Assembly: GCA_023128195.1 (NCBI GenBank)
Contig: JAGMEL010000054.1
Span: forward strand, 1-34,146
Source of the DNA: a candidate division WOR-3 bacterium
GTDB lineage: Bacteria > Hydrothermota > Tepidihabitantia > SM23-42
Direction of reading: 5' to 3'
Length of the DNA stretch: 34,146 bases
Positions 26,183 through 34,076 of the stretch are shown piece after piece (the first letter of the stretch is position 1; each line of letters begins with the position of its first letter). Both the position numbers and the translations under genes were made by a program. The notes beneath the pieces were generated by a model that had not been told where the DNA came from, made no database searches, and worked only from the letters and a program-made list of their open reading frames with translations.

Positions 26183-26785
26183 ATGAATAATGCGCTAATC
26201 TTCTTAAGACATGCCAAAACAATACAAGATAAGAGCAAACCAAGCAGTCAATGGCGCCTGGCAGAAACAGGAAAGAAAATTGCTAAAGAACTAGCTACGA
26301 GCGGTATCTTTGATGATGTAGATATTGTAATCTCATCGAATGAAAAAAAAGCTTACCAGACTGCTAAACCATTTGCAGACAGAATAAGTAAAAGAATAAT
26401 CAAAATATCAGAGCTGGGTGAACTGAATCGTGATAAAGGTGGGCTTCTTACACAAGAAAATTACAAGCGAACGATGGTTAAGATATTTAAGGAATCAGAT
26501 TTTGAGGCTTATAAGTGGGAGACTAGCAGACATGCTCTAAGAAGATTTAAGCATGCTATAGAGAATATAGATAAGCAGTATCATAACAAAAAAATTCTCA
26601 TTGTGACCCATGGTATAGTAATGTCACTTTACTTTGCTGATATACAAAATATAAGGGGAAATATTTTTATGAGATGGGAATCTCTGGCTTTTTGTGCTTG
26701 GGGTATTGTTAAGAATAACAAAGTAGTGAAGGATGTTATAGAGCCTTTGGCTTCGATTACAATGATAACCGATAGATTACAGTGA
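26183..26785 (+). CDS. histidine phosphatase superfamily protein (phosphoglycerate-mutase-like)
   Basis: N-terminal LIFLRHAKT (RH[AG] catalytic motif) and later ILIVTHGIVM. 200 aa. Confidence 0.7.
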   Translation: MNNALIFLRHAKTIQDKSKPSSQWRLAETGKKIAKELATSGIFDDVDIVISSNEKKAYQTAKPFADRISKRIIKISELGELNRDKGGLLTQENYKRTMVKIFKESDFEAYKWETSRHALRRFKHAIENIDKQYHNKKILIVTHGIVMSLYFADIQNIRGNIFMRWESLAFCAWGIVKNNKVVKDVIEPLASITMITDRLQ

Positions 26786-26864
26786 TAAAGACTAGTGCGG
26801 TTTGAGTTAAATTATACTTATTGACTTCATGGTTTTCTTGTTTAGAATTGAGCAGGAAAGAATT

Positions 26865-26939
26865 ATGAATATCTATCTTGCAGGACCATTGTTTAATAAA
26901 GCAGAAAAGCAATTTAATCAAAAATTGTCTAAGTCATAA
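26865..26939 (+). pseudogene. 24-codon N-terminal remnant of a nucleoside 2-deoxyribosyltransferase-like gene
   Basis: Hand translation MNIYLAGPLFNKAEKQFNQKLSKS*. The M.IYLAGPLF..AE..FN start is characteristic of that family, which is normally ~150 aa. It is preceded by TTGACT-N16-TAGAAT and a GAAAG RBS-like site. Confidence 0.5.
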
Positions 26940-27001
26940 TATGATAAATTAGGCACAAACAAGACACAGTGTCAGTTACTTGATAACTCTACTCTATTAT
27001 A

Positions 27002-27030
27002 TTGACTCTATTGATAATATACAGTATAAT
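27002..27030 (+). promoter_or_regulatory. consensus promoter abutting the ATG of the next gene (leaderless architecture)
   Basis: TTGACT (27002-27007), 17 nt spacer, TATAAT (27025-27030). The ATG at 27036 is only 5 nt after the -10. Confidence 0.5.
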
Positions 27031-27035
27031 AATAT

Positions 27036-27545
27036 ATGAAAAAAACACTTGCAGTCATCAACGAGATGAAAAAGCAAAAAATTATTGAAGATTATGCTAT
27101 TGCAGGTGGTATAGCAACTATTTTCTATGTCGAGCCAATTCTCACATATGATCTCGATATTTTCTTTACTTATAAAACAGAGCCTACAAGATTAGATGTA
27201 TTAAAGCCAATTTATAAATTTTTGAGAAAGAAGGGCTCCAAGGAGAAACAAGAACATGTGTTAATTGAAGGAATCCCTGTTCAATTTTTTCCTGTTTATG
27301 ATGCACTATCTAGAGAAGCTGTAGAACAAGCACAAAAAATCACATACAGTAGTGTGAGCATAAAGGTTCTCAGTTCAGAACATCTAATAGCAATTATGTT
27401 ACAAGTCTACAGACCAAAAGACAAAGAAAGAATAATAATACTACTTGATCAAGCAAAGGTTGATAAACGTCGTTTGAATGCCATATTGAAACGGCATAAT
27501 TTGACAAAAAAATATAACAATTTCATGAGATTATATGGTAAGTAA
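27036..27545 (+). CDS. minimal nucleotidyltransferase-fold protein (MNT/DUF6036-like), function unknown
   Basis: AIAGGIATIFYVEPILTYDLDIFF fits the hG[GS]-x(9-13)-D-h-D NTase signature. 169 aa. The family assignment is tentative. Confidence 0.45.
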   Translation: MKKTLAVINEMKKQKIIEDYAIAGGIATIFYVEPILTYDLDIFFTYKTEPTRLDVLKPIYKFLRKKGSKEKQEHVLIEGIPVQFFPVYDALSREAVEQAQKITYSSVSIKVLSSEHLIAIMLQVYRPKDKERIIILLDQAKVDKRRLNAILKRHNLTKKYNNFMRLYGK

Positions 27546-27720
27546 ATACTATATAAATACAAGGATTAAAAAAATTTTCAAAGCCACGCAAAGGTTTCAC
27601 CGGAAAAGAGCCAGGATGTCCTTCGGAATGAAAATTAAACAGCTAGTTAAGTTACAGATGTTAGCTAATGAGATTAAATCGAATACCGGTAGAGAAAAAG
27701 GCTACATCTGGCAAATATAA
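27535..27720 (+). CDS. hypothetical small basic protein (doubtful)
   Basis: 61-aa ORF overlapping the previous stop by 11 nt. Lys/Arg-rich, with no RBS and no recognisable family. Confidence 0.2.
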   Translation: MVSKYYINTRIKKIFKATQRFHRKRARMSFGMKIKQLVKLQMLANEIKSNTGREKGYIWQI

Positions 27721-27802
27721 ATCCAAAACAAACAGATTATATTGCTGAAAATGAAGAAGAGTTGATTAAGTATTTAACTGATTACAGGAAAACCAATACA
27801 AA

Positions 27803-28558
27803 ATGAAGTACGATAAGACTGATATACCTTCGCGTTATGAGCAAGCTCGAAAACTTCCTGAAGAGACAACGAAACTGTGGCTTGAAACTGTCTCGAGGTA
27901 TATACCACAAGGTTCAATAGAAACTATTATCGATTTGGGTTGCGGTATTGGTAGATTTTCAAAGGCGTTAGCGGATCATTTCTCCGCACAAATCTATGGT
28001 ATTGATCCATCCTGGAAGATGTTGAAAGAAGCCAGAGGCGCTACATTGTCAACAAAAGTAACATTTCTACGAGGATCAGCAGAATATATACCGTTGACCG
28101 ATGGTTTAGCCGATCTAATTTTTCTCTCGCAAGTTTATCATCATATAGAGGATAAAAAAAGAGCTTTTTTAGAAATTAAAAGAGTATTAGAAGCAGATGG
28201 ATTTCTCTGTATCCGTACATCAACCATAGAGAATCTCAACACAATTCTCTACCTTCGGTTTTTCCCACCAGCATTGAAGAAAGATATGGAATTCCTATCA
28301 TCAAGAAATGATATAATAGATACTGTACATAGTAGCGGATTTAAGTTAAAGGGACACGAAATAGTACGGCAGAAGTTCGCTAATAATCTTGAGGAATATT
28401 GTGAAAAGATCAAATCAAGAGGATTATTAGATCTTGTTAGTATTACCGATGAAGAATTTCACGATGGGCTTGCTAAACTAGAGATTTACTGTAAAGAACA
28501 GGATACAGAAACAGATGTTCTTGAGGAACTCGATTTCTTTATCTATACAAAAGTATGA
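27803..28558 (+). CDS. class I SAM-dependent methyltransferase
   Basis: Motif I IIDLGCGIGRFSKALA, motif post-I IYGIDPS, and ADLIFLSQVYHHI. Confidence 0.8.
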   Translation: MKYDKTDIPSRYEQARKLPEETTKLWLETVSRYIPQGSIETIIDLGCGIGRFSKALADHFSAQIYGIDPSWKMLKEARGATLSTKVTFLRGSAEYIPLTDGLADLIFLSQVYHHIEDKKRAFLEIKRVLEADGFLCIRTSTIENLNTILYLRFFPPALKKDMEFLSSRNDIIDTVHSSGFKLKGHEIVRQKFANNLEEYCEKIKSRGLLDLVSITDEEFHDGLAKLEIYCKEQDTETDVLEELDFFIYTKV

Positions 28559-29217
28559 TTGAAGTAACTATCAAAGGGAAGCGGCTCATGTTCCAGACAA
28601 GCGACACCATGTTTTCCCCCCGTTACATTGATCCTGGCACTCTAGCAATGCTGTCTCAGGTTGATTTCCATAACGAAAAACTAATACTTGATTTCGGATG
28701 TGGATATGGGGTCGTGGGCATTCTTGCTGCAAAATTTATTGATCCATCCAGAGTGTACATAGTTGACATCGATGCAGAAGCAATTCGCCTTTCAAAGGAA
28801 AATGCAAGATTAAATAACGTTGAAGGTGTGCATATCATACAGAGTGATGGATTTAAGAACCTGGACGTCACAGGTTTCTCGCTCATTCTATGTAATCCTC
28901 CATATACAGTAGACTTTGCAGTTCCAAAACGCTTCATAAAAAAGGGATTCAATCGACTACGGATTGGTGGTCGCTTTTTCATGGTGACCAGGCGGCGCCT
29001 GTGGTATAAGAATAAGTTTATCTCCGTTTTCGGAGGAGTGCAGATCGAACAAGTAGACGACTACAATGTCTTCTGCGCTATTAAAAAAACTAAACATTAT
29101 GTAGATGGATTAGAAAAGCCGATGCGTAAGAGAAGCATGAGCAAGAAACTCACACGTAGAGTCAAAGCATCCGGACGACACAGAAGGTGTAAAAACAAAT
29201 ATGAGAAATTAATATGA
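28555..29217 (+). CDS. methyltransferase-small-domain protein (RsmC/RlmG-like, NPPY class) with a basic C-terminal tail
   Basis: ILDFGCGYGVVGILAA (motif I) and ILCNPPY (motif IV of N-methylating enzymes). The last ~35 aa are Lys/Arg-rich (KPMRKRSMSKKLTRRVKASGRHRRCKNKYEKLI). Its ATGA start overlaps the upstream stop. Confidence 0.75.
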   Translation: MIEVTIKGKRLMFQTSDTMFSPRYIDPGTLAMLSQVDFHNEKLILDFGCGYGVVGILAAKFIDPSRVYIVDIDAEAIRLSKENARLNNVEGVHIIQSDGFKNLDVTGFSLILCNPPYTVDFAVPKRFIKKGFNRLRIGGRFFMVTRRRLWYKNKFISVFGGVQIEQVDDYNVFCAIKKTKHYVDGLEKPMRKRSMSKKLTRRVKASGRHRRCKNKYEKLI

Positions 29218-29876
29218 AAGAAATTGAGGATTTAAAAAGGTATTATTCAGATAGAGCAAAAGAGTATAACAAAACTGCTGGATATAAAGACCCGGCTGCT
29301 GAAAAAATAAGAAAAAGAATAAAACTCCGACATCAAAAATATTTCAAAGGACACGATGTTTTAGAAATTGCCTGCGGTACAGGCTATTGGACTGAAGTTA
29401 TTGCAGAGACAGCAAACTCAGTTTTAGCAATAGACACAAGCGAAGAAATGATTTCAATTGCAAAAACAAGACTTTCTAAAAAACAAAATGTAAACTTCAA
29501 AATTACTGATGTCTATGTATTACATGACATACATGATTCTTTTACAGCTGCTTATGCGCACTGGTGGTGGTCACATATTCCAAAATCAAAAATAAGAAAT
29601 TTTCTACTGAATTTGCATAAGCAGCTAATATCTGGAGCATTCGTATTGTTCGCTGATCATTTACCTGATTATTTGGAAAAAGAGATTAAAGTGAATTACA
29701 ATGAAGATGGAGATAGACTAGAAGAAAGAATACTTAAAAATGGAAAAAAATATCTTGTTGTAAAAAATTTTCCATCCAAGGAAGAAATCTATTCTTCTTT
29801 ATCCGGTTTAGCAAAAAATATAAATTTTCAAGAATATGAAGGTTACTGGGAATTGTATTATAACGTATTAAAATGA
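29214..29876 (+). CDS. class I SAM-dependent methyltransferase
   Basis: VLEIACGTGYWTEVIA (motif I) and VLAIDTSEEM. Its ATGA start overlaps the upstream stop. Confidence 0.75.
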   Translation: MKEIEDLKRYYSDRAKEYNKTAGYKDPAAEKIRKRIKLRHQKYFKGHDVLEIACGTGYWTEVIAETANSVLAIDTSEEMISIAKTRLSKKQNVNFKITDVYVLHDIHDSFTAAYAHWWWSHIPKSKIRNFLLNLHKQLISGAFVLFADHLPDYLEKEIKVNYNEDGDRLEERILKNGKKYLVVKNFPSKEEIYSSLSGLAKNINFQEYEGYWELYYNVLK

Positions 29877-29904
29877 TAATGGTAACTATAGAGTCGGTGT
29901 TTGA

Positions 29905-29935
29905 CCCCGGTGAAATAAACAAAAATTGCACGGGG
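29905..29935. terminator. hairpin between convergent genes (possible bidirectional terminator)
   Basis: CCCCGGTG-N16-CACGGGG with one bulged G. T/A-rich flanks. Confidence 0.35.
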
Positions 29936-30034
29936 CAGGCATTTTGACATTTCATGGACTAAGTATAGCATCAAGGATTGTTTCTTTCCTTTTTTTTCCA
30001 GGTACTTAACTAAATCCCTGCGTTATACTGACAT

Positions 30035-30253
30035 CTATACTTCGACAGGAATTTGTTCTATAAGGGCTCTGCCAATCGGGAATTCTCTTTTCTGCTCCTT
30101 ATAAGCCCTTATCATTTCTTGTAAAGCATCCTTAAGCATATCTCTACATTCTTCTAAAGTTTTACCTTCAGTTATTACCTCTGGCCACTCCACCAGTTGC
30201 CCCATATAACCAGAACTTATTTTTGTGTATTTGGCTGTATAATTGCTTAACAT
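30035..30253 (-). CDS. hicB: HicB-like type II antitoxin (UPF0150 fold), apparently orphan
   Basis: 72 aa. GYMGQLVEWPEVITEGKTLEECRDMLKDALQEMI matches the HicB N-terminal domain pattern. RBS AAGGAG, and its own consensus promoter. Confidence 0.7.
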   Translation of the reverse strand: MLSNYTAKYTKISSGYMGQLVEWPEVITEGKTLEECRDMLKDALQEMIRAYKEQKREFPIGRALIEQIPVEV

Positions 30254-30362
30254 ATTATTGACTCCTTATATATTATTATATTGAAGCACCTGCCTATGTC
30301 AAGTATGCTAATCTATAATTTGCTAACCCCCAGCGGATTATTTCTTAATCCTTCTTCTCATT
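30195..30362. repeat. direct repeat copy 1 (hicB 5' end, RBS, promoter and upstream region)
   Basis: Aligns by hand with 33506-33655: about 11 mismatches over ~150 positions, plus an 18-nt segment (GACTCCTTATATATTATT, containing the RBS) present only here. Confidence 0.9.
30275..30302 (-). promoter_or_regulatory. consensus promoter of hicB
   Basis: On the minus strand: TTGACA (30302-30297), 16 nt spacer, TATAAT (30280-30275). Confidence 0.6.
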
Positions 30363-30459
30363 ATATTCATCTTTCTGTTCGATATCTACGACGAGATTTT
30401 CAGCGATACTAACGGTCGGCAAGTGTGTTAAAATATATAATAATAGACAGAATTTTATC

Positions 30460-30487
30460 TTGACATTAACCGATAAGCTCTTATAAT
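30460..30487 (+). promoter_or_regulatory. consensus promoter of the propeller cargo gene
   Basis: TTGACA (30460-30465), 16 nt spacer, TATAAT (30482-30487). The RBS AAGGAGG lies before the ATG at 30542. Confidence 0.55.
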
Positions 30488-30541
30488 GATATGTTACGTA
30501 TAAAAAATCGTATAATAGCACAAGAAAGGAGGTGACTGTAA

Positions 30542-31636
30542 ATGTTTAAAAGATTGGTGCTTGTTGCATTAATATCTCTTGCTGCAATTATTGGGTTGCC
30601 TGAGATATGTAGCGCTACTATGATGACACAGGGAGATCTGATGGTAAAAACTCCTGGAAATAGCATGGCATTGGATACAGGTCAGGTAGTTTTCCAGTTC
30701 AATGCTCCAAATACACAGGTTGATGGTTTGACCTGGGATGGAACTAACCTGTGGCTTTCCTGTGACGCCTTGAGTAGGATATGGAAGATTGATACACTTG
30801 GTTCAGTTCTTGACTTTATTCCTTCACCTGGTCCTTTACCTACAGGATTGACTTGGGATGGACAATATCTGTGGTGTGCTGACTGTTATACTTTCTTTAT
30901 CTACAAGCTGGATCCAGCTACAGGTAGCATCATTGATTCGATTCCATGTCCAGGTACTGGAAACTCCTGCGAGGGATTGGCGTGGATGAATGACACCCTC
31001 TGGAATACTAACTTCGTTAACAACTTCATCTGGGAGCTCGATCCAGCTACTGGCGATGTCTGGGATAAATTCCCTGCTCCAAATGGTAGTTCTACTGGAC
31101 TTGCGTGGGATTGGCACGATAACTGTTTATGGAATTCGGATCAAACCTCTAGCTTGATCTATAAGCTAGACCCTGCTACTGGTACGGTAATCACATCTTT
31201 TGCTCAGCCTGGTGGGGCTGGTACATATGTTCAGGATCTGGCCTTTGACGGTACATACTTATGGACTTGTACTTACGATCAGGCTATAGTTTACAAGATT
31301 GATATCGGGTATGTTGGTGTTGAGGAACATAAATCTTCGCAACCAATGTCTATTGTCTTACAGGTCAGTCCGAACCCATTCACAACAAAAACAGATATTA
31401 AATGGACGATGGGAGATGAAAGATTACAGACAGAAACCTTCTCGTTAAAGATATATGATACTTCTGGTCATTTAGTTAAAAACTTATCACTGCCTAGTGC
31501 CTACTCTTTGGCGTCTAATAAAGTTTCTTGGTACGGTTTTGATAACACAGGACAGCAACTTCCCAGCGGTGTTTATTTCTTAAAGGTTCAAGCAGAAGAT
31601 TACAGTACTACAGAGAAATTGCTGTTAATAAAATAA
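30542..31636 (+). CDS. secreted five-repeat beta-propeller protein with T9SS C-terminal sorting domain
   Basis: Signal peptide. Five repeats GLTWDG..LW...D....IYK(L/I)DPATG are paralogous to those of 24448-26049. The C-terminus is SPNPFTTKTDIKW...LKIYDTSGHLVKNL...SGVYFLKV...LLLIK. Confidence 0.8.
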   Translation: MFKRLVLVALISLAAIIGLPEICSATMMTQGDLMVKTPGNSMALDTGQVVFQFNAPNTQVDGLTWDGTNLWLSCDALSRIWKIDTLGSVLDFIPSPGPLPTGLTWDGQYLWCADCYTFFIYKLDPATGSIIDSIPCPGTGNSCEGLAWMNDTLWNTNFVNNFIWELDPATGDVWDKFPAPNGSSTGLAWDWHDNCLWNSDQTSSLIYKLDPATGTVITSFAQPGGAGTYVQDLAFDGTYLWTCTYDQAIVYKIDIGYVGVEEHKSSQPMSIVLQVSPNPFTTKTDIKWTMGDERLQTETFSLKIYDTSGHLVKNLSLPSAYSLASNKVSWYGFDNTGQQLPSGVYFLKVQAEDYSTTEKLLLIK

Positions 31637-31660
31637 GAGAGCTTTAAGTTTAATACAGAA

Positions 31661-31708
31661 GGAAGTACCCAATCCTTTCGCAGAAAGGGCTGGGTAAACT
31701 TCCTTTTT
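31661..31708 (+). terminator. rho-independent terminator
   Basis: Stem of about 18 bp (GGAAGTACCCAATCCTTTC / GAAAGGGCTGGGTAAACTTCC, with one mismatch, one GU pair and a 2-nt bulge), followed by TTTTT. Confidence 0.6.
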
Positions 31709-31954
31709 ACTAAAGACGATGATGGGGAATGATGGGGTCAAATTTCTACTTTGAACATAAAATCAGTGTTTAACACAATCAAAGCTCTACTTTTGATAGA
31801 TACTACACACTACGCTTTGAAAAGGAAGTCGGGTCATTCCTTCATCGAAATTGCAAAATTCTGCTGCTACACCGTCCTCCATCATGTTCAGAGGTTGAAT
31901 AAAGATTGTGGTGATTACTGCATTTTTTCGGACAGCTTTTAAATTTGTGGAAAT

Positions 31955-33451
31955 CTAATGTATTAGTATCATCCGTTTTGTGTTTATATAGTTTCCAGCA
32001 TTGAGGTAATAGAAGTAGATTCCACTCGGTACTACTTTACCTTTTTCATCCTTGCTATCCCATTTAACTGCATAGTTACCAGTTCCCTGATTTTTGCTCA
32101 CAAGCGTTCGCACACGTTTACCTGCGACGTTATGTATCCTTAAGCAAATATAACAATCAGATGGTACTTGATAGAAAATGGTCGTGTTTGTACTGAATGG
32201 ATTCGGATAGTTTTGGCTTAAAGTATAGACTTTCGCTAAATTAGTAGTCAATTTATCTTCTTCGACTCCAGCTTGCCAACTTTCATTATCACAAAAAATC
32301 TTATCGGTTCCTTCGCGGTAGTCTGTCCAAACTACTAGTGCGCTGTCGCTGTGCATATAACATATACCGATCCTTTGAAATGTCGTATTATCAACATCGT
32401 TTATGCGTAACCAAGAGGATGAAAAACTCGATGGTGTAGTTACTGCTTTATACTTGATATTATGCGATGTACCAAAACATGCTGCTCTAAACTTACCTCC
32501 GCCAAAGCAAATCGCGAAAGCATCATTTTCTCCACAGGCAACAGGAAGGTTAATTTCATACCAGTTGATTCCTCCGTTATTAGACCACACACATTTAGTT
32601 GATGGTGTTGAACCTCCTAATATAACTACATATGCATCGTTTGCGCATATTTTGGGGGTTCTCTCCACTATATCTATTGGAATAACTTGAGATGCAAAAC
32701 TGCTGCCTCCGTTAGTACTTTTGGCAAACTTTAGAGTGTCTAGGGCATCTGCATACCATACTATATATATTGTGTCTGAGAGAGGTATATGGTAAACATC
32801 AGGTCCTTCATGATCTTCATTAATGGCAAAATAACATTCGTTAATCCAACTTAGACCACCATCAGTAGATTTATAATAAACCACGCAATTTTCAGCGCCA
32901 CCTGTTCCATATTCATATATAAAAACTATATCGATAACATCACTCATCCCCCGTTTTTTGCTCATTCTAGATTCATCTGCTGGAATTTGAGGAAACGCGT
33001 AAAAATTTCCAGTTCCACCAGTTTTTGGAAGACTATAAGCTATAACTCTTTCTGGTGTGTTTTCTCTGGTGTAACTAATGCAAACTCTATTTTGGGTAAC
33101 AACTATGGATCCCAAAAGAAGTTCATAGTTATTGGTGTTAAAGATACCACCAAACTGCGTCCAGGTATATCCCCCGTCATTAGTTTTGAATATAAGAATT
33201 GCAGGATAATCGTTAATTTTTCCCTCAAAAGCGCAGTAAGCAGTATGATAATTTTGAGGATCATCATCTATCTCTGGAGCTTTATGTGGAACATAACCAT
33301 CTGTTATTTTAACATCATCAGCAAACCTAAAATGTGATTTCCGATGTGGTGTTTGATATTGTATTGCCAGAGGAGTTATTTCAATTTCCTCCTGTGCCCA
33401 GATGAGGGTGCAGCTGATTATTATTGTTAATACAAGAAATTTCTTAAGCAT
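31955..33451 (-). CDS. secreted BNR/Asp-box (sialidase-like) propeller protein with T9SS C-terminal sorting domain
   Basis: Asp-box repeats TNDGGYTW, STDGGLSW, STNGGSSF and SNNGGINW. C-terminus YPNPFSTNTTIFYQV...LRIHNVAGKRVRTL...SGIYFYYL. The start was moved to the ATG at 33451 (MLKKFLVLT signal peptide, GGAGG RBS). Confidence 0.8.
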   Translation of the reverse strand: MLKKFLVLTIIISCTLIWAQEEIEITPLAIQYQTPHRKSHFRFADDVKITDGYVPHKAPEIDDDPQNYHTAYCAFEGKINDYPAILIFKTNDGGYTWTQFGGIFNTNNYELLLGSIVVTQNRVCISYTRENTPERVIAYSLPKTGGTGNFYAFPQIPADESRMSKKRGMSDVIDIVFIYEYGTGGAENCVVYYKSTDGGLSWINECYFAINEDHEGPDVYHIPLSDTIYIVWYADALDTLKFAKSTNGGSSFASQVIPIDIVERTPKICANDAYVVILGGSTPSTKCVWSNNGGINWYEINLPVACGENDAFAICFGGGKFRAACFGTSHNIKYKAVTTPSSFSSSWLRINDVDNTTFQRIGICYMHSDSALVVWTDYREGTDKIFCDNESWQAGVEEDKLTTNLAKVYTLSQNYPNPFSTNTTIFYQVPSDCYICLRIHNVAGKRVRTLVSKNQGTGNYAVKWDSKDEKGKVVPSGIYFYYLNAGNYINTKRMILIH

Positions 33452-33505
33452 TTTTCCTCCTTTTAATATAATAATAAACATATTTTTAGAAAAATCAAGA
33501 ATACA

Positions 33506-33564
33506 AGTTGCCCCATATAACCAGAACTTATTTTTATGTATTTGGTTGTATAATTGCTTAACAT
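33506..33564 (-). pseudogene. truncated hicB 5' fragment (first ~20 codons)
   Basis: The minus strand reads MLSNYTTKYIKISSGYMGQL and then diverges, compared with MLSNYTAKYTKISSGYMGQL in the intact gene. There is no RBS. Confidence 0.6.
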
Positions 33565-33567
33565 ATT

Positions 33568-33595
33568 ATTATATTGAAGCACCTATCTATGTCAA
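33568..33595 (-). promoter_or_regulatory. duplicated hicB-type promoter, now upstream of the BNR cargo gene
   Basis: On the minus strand: TTGACA (33595-33590), 16 nt spacer, TATAAT (33573-33568). It lies ~115 nt upstream of the ATG at 33451. Confidence 0.45.
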
Positions 33596-33700
33596 GTATG
33601 CTAATCTACAATTTACTAAACCCCAGCGGATTATTTCTCAATCTTTCCTCTCATTCGACAAACTCAGGGCAGGCGGGATGAATTAATATTGTTTAGTTCG

Positions 33701-33728
33701 TTGACATAGTTTCTTTATTGAATATAAT
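33701..33728 (+). promoter_or_regulatory. consensus promoter of tRNA-Leu
   Basis: TTGACA (33701-33706), 16 nt spacer, TATAAT (33723-33728). The tRNA starts ~43 nt downstream. Confidence 0.5.
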
Positions 33729-33770
33729 AGTTTGCTGTTCCCTGATTCCTGTATCCTGTGCCCTAAACTT

Positions 33771-33856
33771 GCCGAGATGGCGGAACTGGGAGACGCGGCG
33801 GACTCAAAATCCGCAGTTCTGAAAGGAGCGTGGGGGTTCAACTCCCCCTCTCGGCA
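33771..33856 (+). tRNA. tRNA-Leu (anticodon CAA), type II with long variable arm
   Basis: Acceptor GCCGAGA/TCTCGGC plus discriminator A. Anticodon stem GCGGA/TCCGC with loop CTCAAAA. Long variable arm and T-arm GGGGG-TTCAACT-CCCCC. Overall very similar to bacterial tRNA-Leu. CCA is not encoded. Confidence 0.9.
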
Positions 33857-34076
33857 CTCTCCCCCTCGAAGGGGGGATACCCCCCTTCTCTCCACTCACT
33901 TTTCAAACAGAATAAAAACTTCGTGGAGACCTCGAAACCCCCCAGGGGTGTCCTTCTACATACGAAAATTTTATCTACAGACGCACTAACCCCAAAATGT
34001 GTAAGGCGGTGTAGCGACTTCCCCTCGAGGTATCTTTGGATAAATTCGAAATCCTAATATCTAAATTCTAAATAAA

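Larger units (their letters stand above)
33506..33655. repeat. direct repeat copy 2
   Basis: See copy 1. It lacks the 18-nt RBS segment. Confidence 0.9.

Noticed and set aside
29877-30480. Search for a hicA toxin partner on either side of hicB
   Set aside because: Hand translation of the minus strand found only a start-less open frame ending ...ENLVVDIEQKDEYNEKKD* upstream of the hicB promoter, and nothing HicA-like downstream. hicB is therefore called an orphan. The upstream frame may be a remnant, but I cannot identify it.
31751-31942. 63-codon ORF between the two cargo genes
   Set aside because: It has a TTG start, no RBS and no recognisable motif, and it lies in the terminator region of convergent genes. 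A tandem (G/A)ATGATGGGG 10-mer at 31718-31737 was noted, but I saw no function for it.
33683-34057. Three ORF-track entries (33683-33895 minus, 33732-33989 plus, 33830-34057 plus)
   Set aside because: They overlap the tRNA-Leu gene and its GC-rich flank. They have no RBS and low-complexity Pro/Gly/Ser-rich translations, so they are artefacts of GC-rich noncoding DNA.
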